Sequence record: NC_048170.1
Strand: one strand, 5' to 3'
Origin: Escherichia phage vB_EcoM_Goslar
Length of the DNA stretch: 64,000 nt
The position numbers were made by a program, and so were the translations under genes. Position 1 is the first letter of the stretch. Each line of letters begins with the position of its first letter. This document shows positions 61,357 through 64,000 of the stretch, in pieces. The notes beneath the pieces are model-generated. The model was not told where the DNA came from, searched no databases, and saw only the letters and a program-made list of their open reading frames with translations.

Positions 61357-61908
61357 TTACCGATTACCGTCGGTTGACGTTGGTTGATCGCGATCGACTT
61401 TCATTGACCGCAGTTTTCCGCCGTTAATTACACATTGATTGCGCTGTTTGGCGGAGGTCAGACTATTACAGACGTAATAGGTATCGATAAAACGTTCAAC
61501 GCGTTCTTGAAACTCCCTCTCGTCAACTTTCTCTTTTTCAAAAGTTCGTAACGCCCGATCAACCTCACCCTGGAGAATCCGGTTCTGTTCAACCATACTG
61601 TCGATTAAACGGCCTCGTACTTCGTTCGATGTGTAAAGTTGACGAATCAGTTCTCGGTTGGTGTCTCGCGCATAACGCAATGTTGCATTTTCCTGACGTA
61701 AACTACTCACGTCAGCCATCAAGGTAATGATTTTTTCGCCAGCGAATAACGTCACGATACCCAATACGATGAAAAAGCCCGTAATCAAGAATATCGAGGA
61801 CTGTCGAGCTCCATCTCGACGATAGCGTGTGGGCGGTCGCTTACTTCGCCGAAACAACTCGCGAAGAAAAGGGAAAAGCCAGGGCAACGCCTTGAGTGTA
61901 GTAAACAT
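61357..61908 (-). CDS. membrane protein with N-terminal TM helix and coiled coil (spanin-like topology)
   Basis: start MFTTLKAL with RBS AAGGA; hydrophobic SSIFLITGFFIVLGIVTLFAG then heptad-like charged region. Confidence 0.35.
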   Translation of the reverse strand: MFTTLKALPWLFPFLRELFRRSKRPPTRYRRDGARQSSIFLITGFFIVLGIVTLFAGEKIITLMADVSSLRQENATLRYARDTNRELIRQLYTSNEVRGRLIDSMVEQNRILQGEVDRALRTFEKEKVDEREFQERVERFIDTYYVCNSLTSAKQRNQCVINGGKLRSMKVDRDQPTSTDGNR

Positions 61909-61962
61909 GCGTGTGTCCTTGATAGTATGAAATTTCCAATACAACTTAACCGAGGACGTCGA

Positions 61963-63303
61963 ATGATTAGTATTTTTGGTTTTTATACGTACAAAGGGTA
62001 CGCTAATAACCACCCAAAAACCACGGCGAAATTCGGTGAGTTCAGTCAGCACAGTGCTACGTTCAGTCGCGAAATCGGCATCTATACCAACACGGCGTAC
62101 GCACGTACGACCTTATTAGTGTTGAATGCCGAAAACGAAGCTGGTGAAGCACAAACGCTGAATGACGACACCGCAGGCCGCATTCTTCAGGTTGGTCAAT
62201 GGTTGCTGGAAAAAGCCGCATCGGGCGAAATCCAGGAAGACCGAGACCAAGTTATCGATTACCTAAAAGACGACTTCACAACGTATCTGGATTCTATCGA
62301 CATCCCAACACCCACCACCGATGGCACAGTCTATCTACCAGCGTGGATCAGTTTCAAGATAACGGCCACCGGCGATGTTGTCAAGATTTGGTTGTCTGAT
62401 AGCGTATTCCAAAGTCAATATCCAAAATACGAATATGAAGTCGTTCCCCCTGTTCCTAAGGATCAGTTAGATACCTTCTTCGAAGATCTGGCAACATTGA
62501 AGAAACTGGTTGACAGTCGAAGCAGCGAGAAACTGACCGAAGAAATCAACGAGGTGCGCGACCAATTCCCAGACACACAATTGTGGACGAAAACCTATAA
62601 AGCGTACGATTACACCGACGATTCGAAATACATTAATACCGATTGGACGGTGATTATCTACGGTGCAGCAGGTAACAACATTGATAATATCAAGGAGTTC
62701 CTGCAAAACTGGATTCTTAGCAATAGCACGCACGGACGTCCAGACTGGGAAATCGTTCTGCCGGATCTTTTTATTCCGACGGAACACATCTTCATCCCGA
62801 TCTGGAACCGCCACAGTGCTCCAGAAATGACCAATCAGGCACGTATTTATAGTCCTATCTTCGATGATTCGTTGATGGATACCTACCTGAAAAACTTTGC
62901 TGATGGTTACGGCGAAACCGCCGAAGTCCGTAAGTCGCTTCAAGCGGTGCCGACGTTGTGGCGCTCGATCGGTTTCTTAAGTGTCGGTAACTCACGTAAC
63001 CGAGACGGTAAACTTAAGTTCTACGATCGTTGGCCACAATACGCGCTCATCAGCACAACCAGCATCGACATTAACCGTATCGACGATGCGACACGTGAAT
63101 TCATCACGTTCACTTACGAAATGCTGAAACTGGCAGAATCGCTCACCGAAGACGACCCGGTACCGTTGGGTTATAGTCGTGTTACGCGTGGTAGCAATAG
63201 CTTCTTAGCGAAAAGCCACAACGATGTTCAGTATCTCTTCTTAACAAAAGAAGCGTTCCTGAAGAAAATGCCGGATGAAGCCGACACGCCTGTTGGAGGT
63301 TGA
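61963..63303 (+). CDS. hypothetical protein
   Basis: start MISIFGFY with RBS GAGGA. Confidence 0.5.
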   Translation: MISIFGFYTYKGYANNHPKTTAKFGEFSQHSATFSREIGIYTNTAYARTTLLVLNAENEAGEAQTLNDDTAGRILQVGQWLLEKAASGEIQEDRDQVIDYLKDDFTTYLDSIDIPTPTTDGTVYLPAWISFKITATGDVVKIWLSDSVFQSQYPKYEYEVVPPVPKDQLDTFFEDLATLKKLVDSRSSEKLTEEINEVRDQFPDTQLWTKTYKAYDYTDDSKYINTDWTVIIYGAAGNNIDNIKEFLQNWILSNSTHGRPDWEIVLPDLFIPTEHIFIPIWNRHSAPEMTNQARIYSPIFDDSLMDTYLKNFADGYGETAEVRKSLQAVPTLWRSIGFLSVGNSRNRDGKLKFYDRWPQYALISTTSIDINRIDDATREFITFTYEMLKLAESLTEDDPVPLGYSRVTRGSNSFLAKSHNDVQYLFLTKEAFLKKMPDEADTPVGG

Positions 63304-63305
63304 TT

Positions 63306-63932
63306 ATGGCTGTAACACGCATGACGCCAAGTCCCGGTGCGGTCGGGGTATTCACAGTATCAGCGCCGTTTTCCGTTGGTACGTCAACGCTATATACCGT
63401 TACAGCGTTACGCCGATTCAGCGAAGTCATCGGTAGTGGAATCGATCTATTTACGGAACTGTACGAACCGTTATCAATAGACAAATCCACTTTCGAAGCG
63501 CATCTCGAAGCGAATGCTTATCTCGTCACGTTGCAACCGGATTATGGTGCGCCCGTACTGGTACCCGATACGTATATCACGTCGTACCCAAAGAACGATT
63601 CCTTGCGGTATCGTCGCATTATTCTGGGTATCGATTTCGGGCCTCTTCCTCCCGGTCTTGACCTTTCGTATTTAACAACGATATTGAAAGGTAAGGCTAG
63701 TGATATTCTTGGTGTCGAACCTGAAGTTAAAACGATGGAAATCACTCTCGATGATACCGTTACTCAGGAACAACATCAGATAAACGAAGCCCGTCGTCAG
63801 GCTGCGATAAAAGAACGAGATACCATTTACGCACGCTGTGAAACGCAAGAGAAGCAGATAACGGCTTTACTTGCAACCCAAAAGCAACTTATCAAATTGC
63901 TTCAAGACGCCGGTATCAATCCGACACCTTAA
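63306..63932 (+). CDS. hypothetical protein
   Basis: start MAVTRMTP with RBS GGAGG, 2 nt after upstream stop. Confidence 0.5.
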   Translation: MAVTRMTPSPGAVGVFTVSAPFSVGTSTLYTVTALRRFSEVIGSGIDLFTELYEPLSIDKSTFEAHLEANAYLVTLQPDYGAPVLVPDTYITSYPKNDSLRYRRIILGIDFGPLPPGLDLSYLTTILKGKASDILGVEPEVKTMEITLDDTVTQEQHQINEARRQAAIKERDTIYARCETQEKQITALLATQKQLIKLLQDAGINPTP

Positions 63933-63938
63933 CATATT

Positions 63939-63980
63939 CCCTCCTCCTTCCCTGATGGGTTGGAGGAGGGTTATGCCGTC
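63939..63980 (+). promoter_or_regulatory. hairpin followed by TTATGCCGTC box
   Basis: ccctcctcc-ttccc-tgat-gggtt-ggaggaggg then TTATGCCGTCAAGC then A16. Confidence 0.4.
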
Positions 63981-64000
63981 AAGCAAAAAAAAAAAAAAAA

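Noticed and set aside
1-64000. tRNA genes, rRNA genes, CRISPR arrays
   Set aside because: No T-arm (GGTTCGANTCC-like) cloverleaf candidates seen in the longer intergenic regions (3161-3458, 12500-12807, 38264-38930) and no regularly spaced direct repeats; a by-eye scan only, so tRNAscan/CRISPR detection software should still be run.
63985-64000. Poly(A) as a eukaryote-like polyadenylation tail
   Set aside because: Genomic DNA context with bacterial-type RBSs and intrinsic terminators throughout; more likely a homopolymer tract or a contig-end artefact.

Overview
This window reads as a segment of a jumbo, phiKZ-like (nucleus-forming) myovirus genome with enterobacterial-type codon usage; most genes are on the minus strand. 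Recognisable products are a tubulin/FtsZ-like GTPase (PhuZ-like), a terminase large subunit, a probable tail sheath/tube pair, a multisubunit-RNAP beta-like subunit, an RNAP beta-prime-like N-terminal subunit, a ~2200-aa virion protein with a GH19-type lysozyme domain, an RNase H fusion protein, a SLOG/DUF2493-like protein and a RecA-fold protein. The main finding is that the beta-prime-like gene is interrupted exactly at the catalytic DFDGD loop by a ~2 kb group I intron carrying an HNH homing endonuclease ORF. The second exon is 59 codons long and so is missing from the ORF track; the intron core shows P/Q/R/S-like elements in the correct order. Secondary observations are a recurring hairpin + TTTATGCCGT box upstream of several genes, a duplicated palindromic 14-mer ACCTTCTTGACGTA, a family of GC-rich stem-loops at convergent gene junctions, and long A homopolymers (one at the window end). 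All homology calls are by-eye motif matching, not database searches. No tRNA, rRNA or CRISPR array was found by eye.
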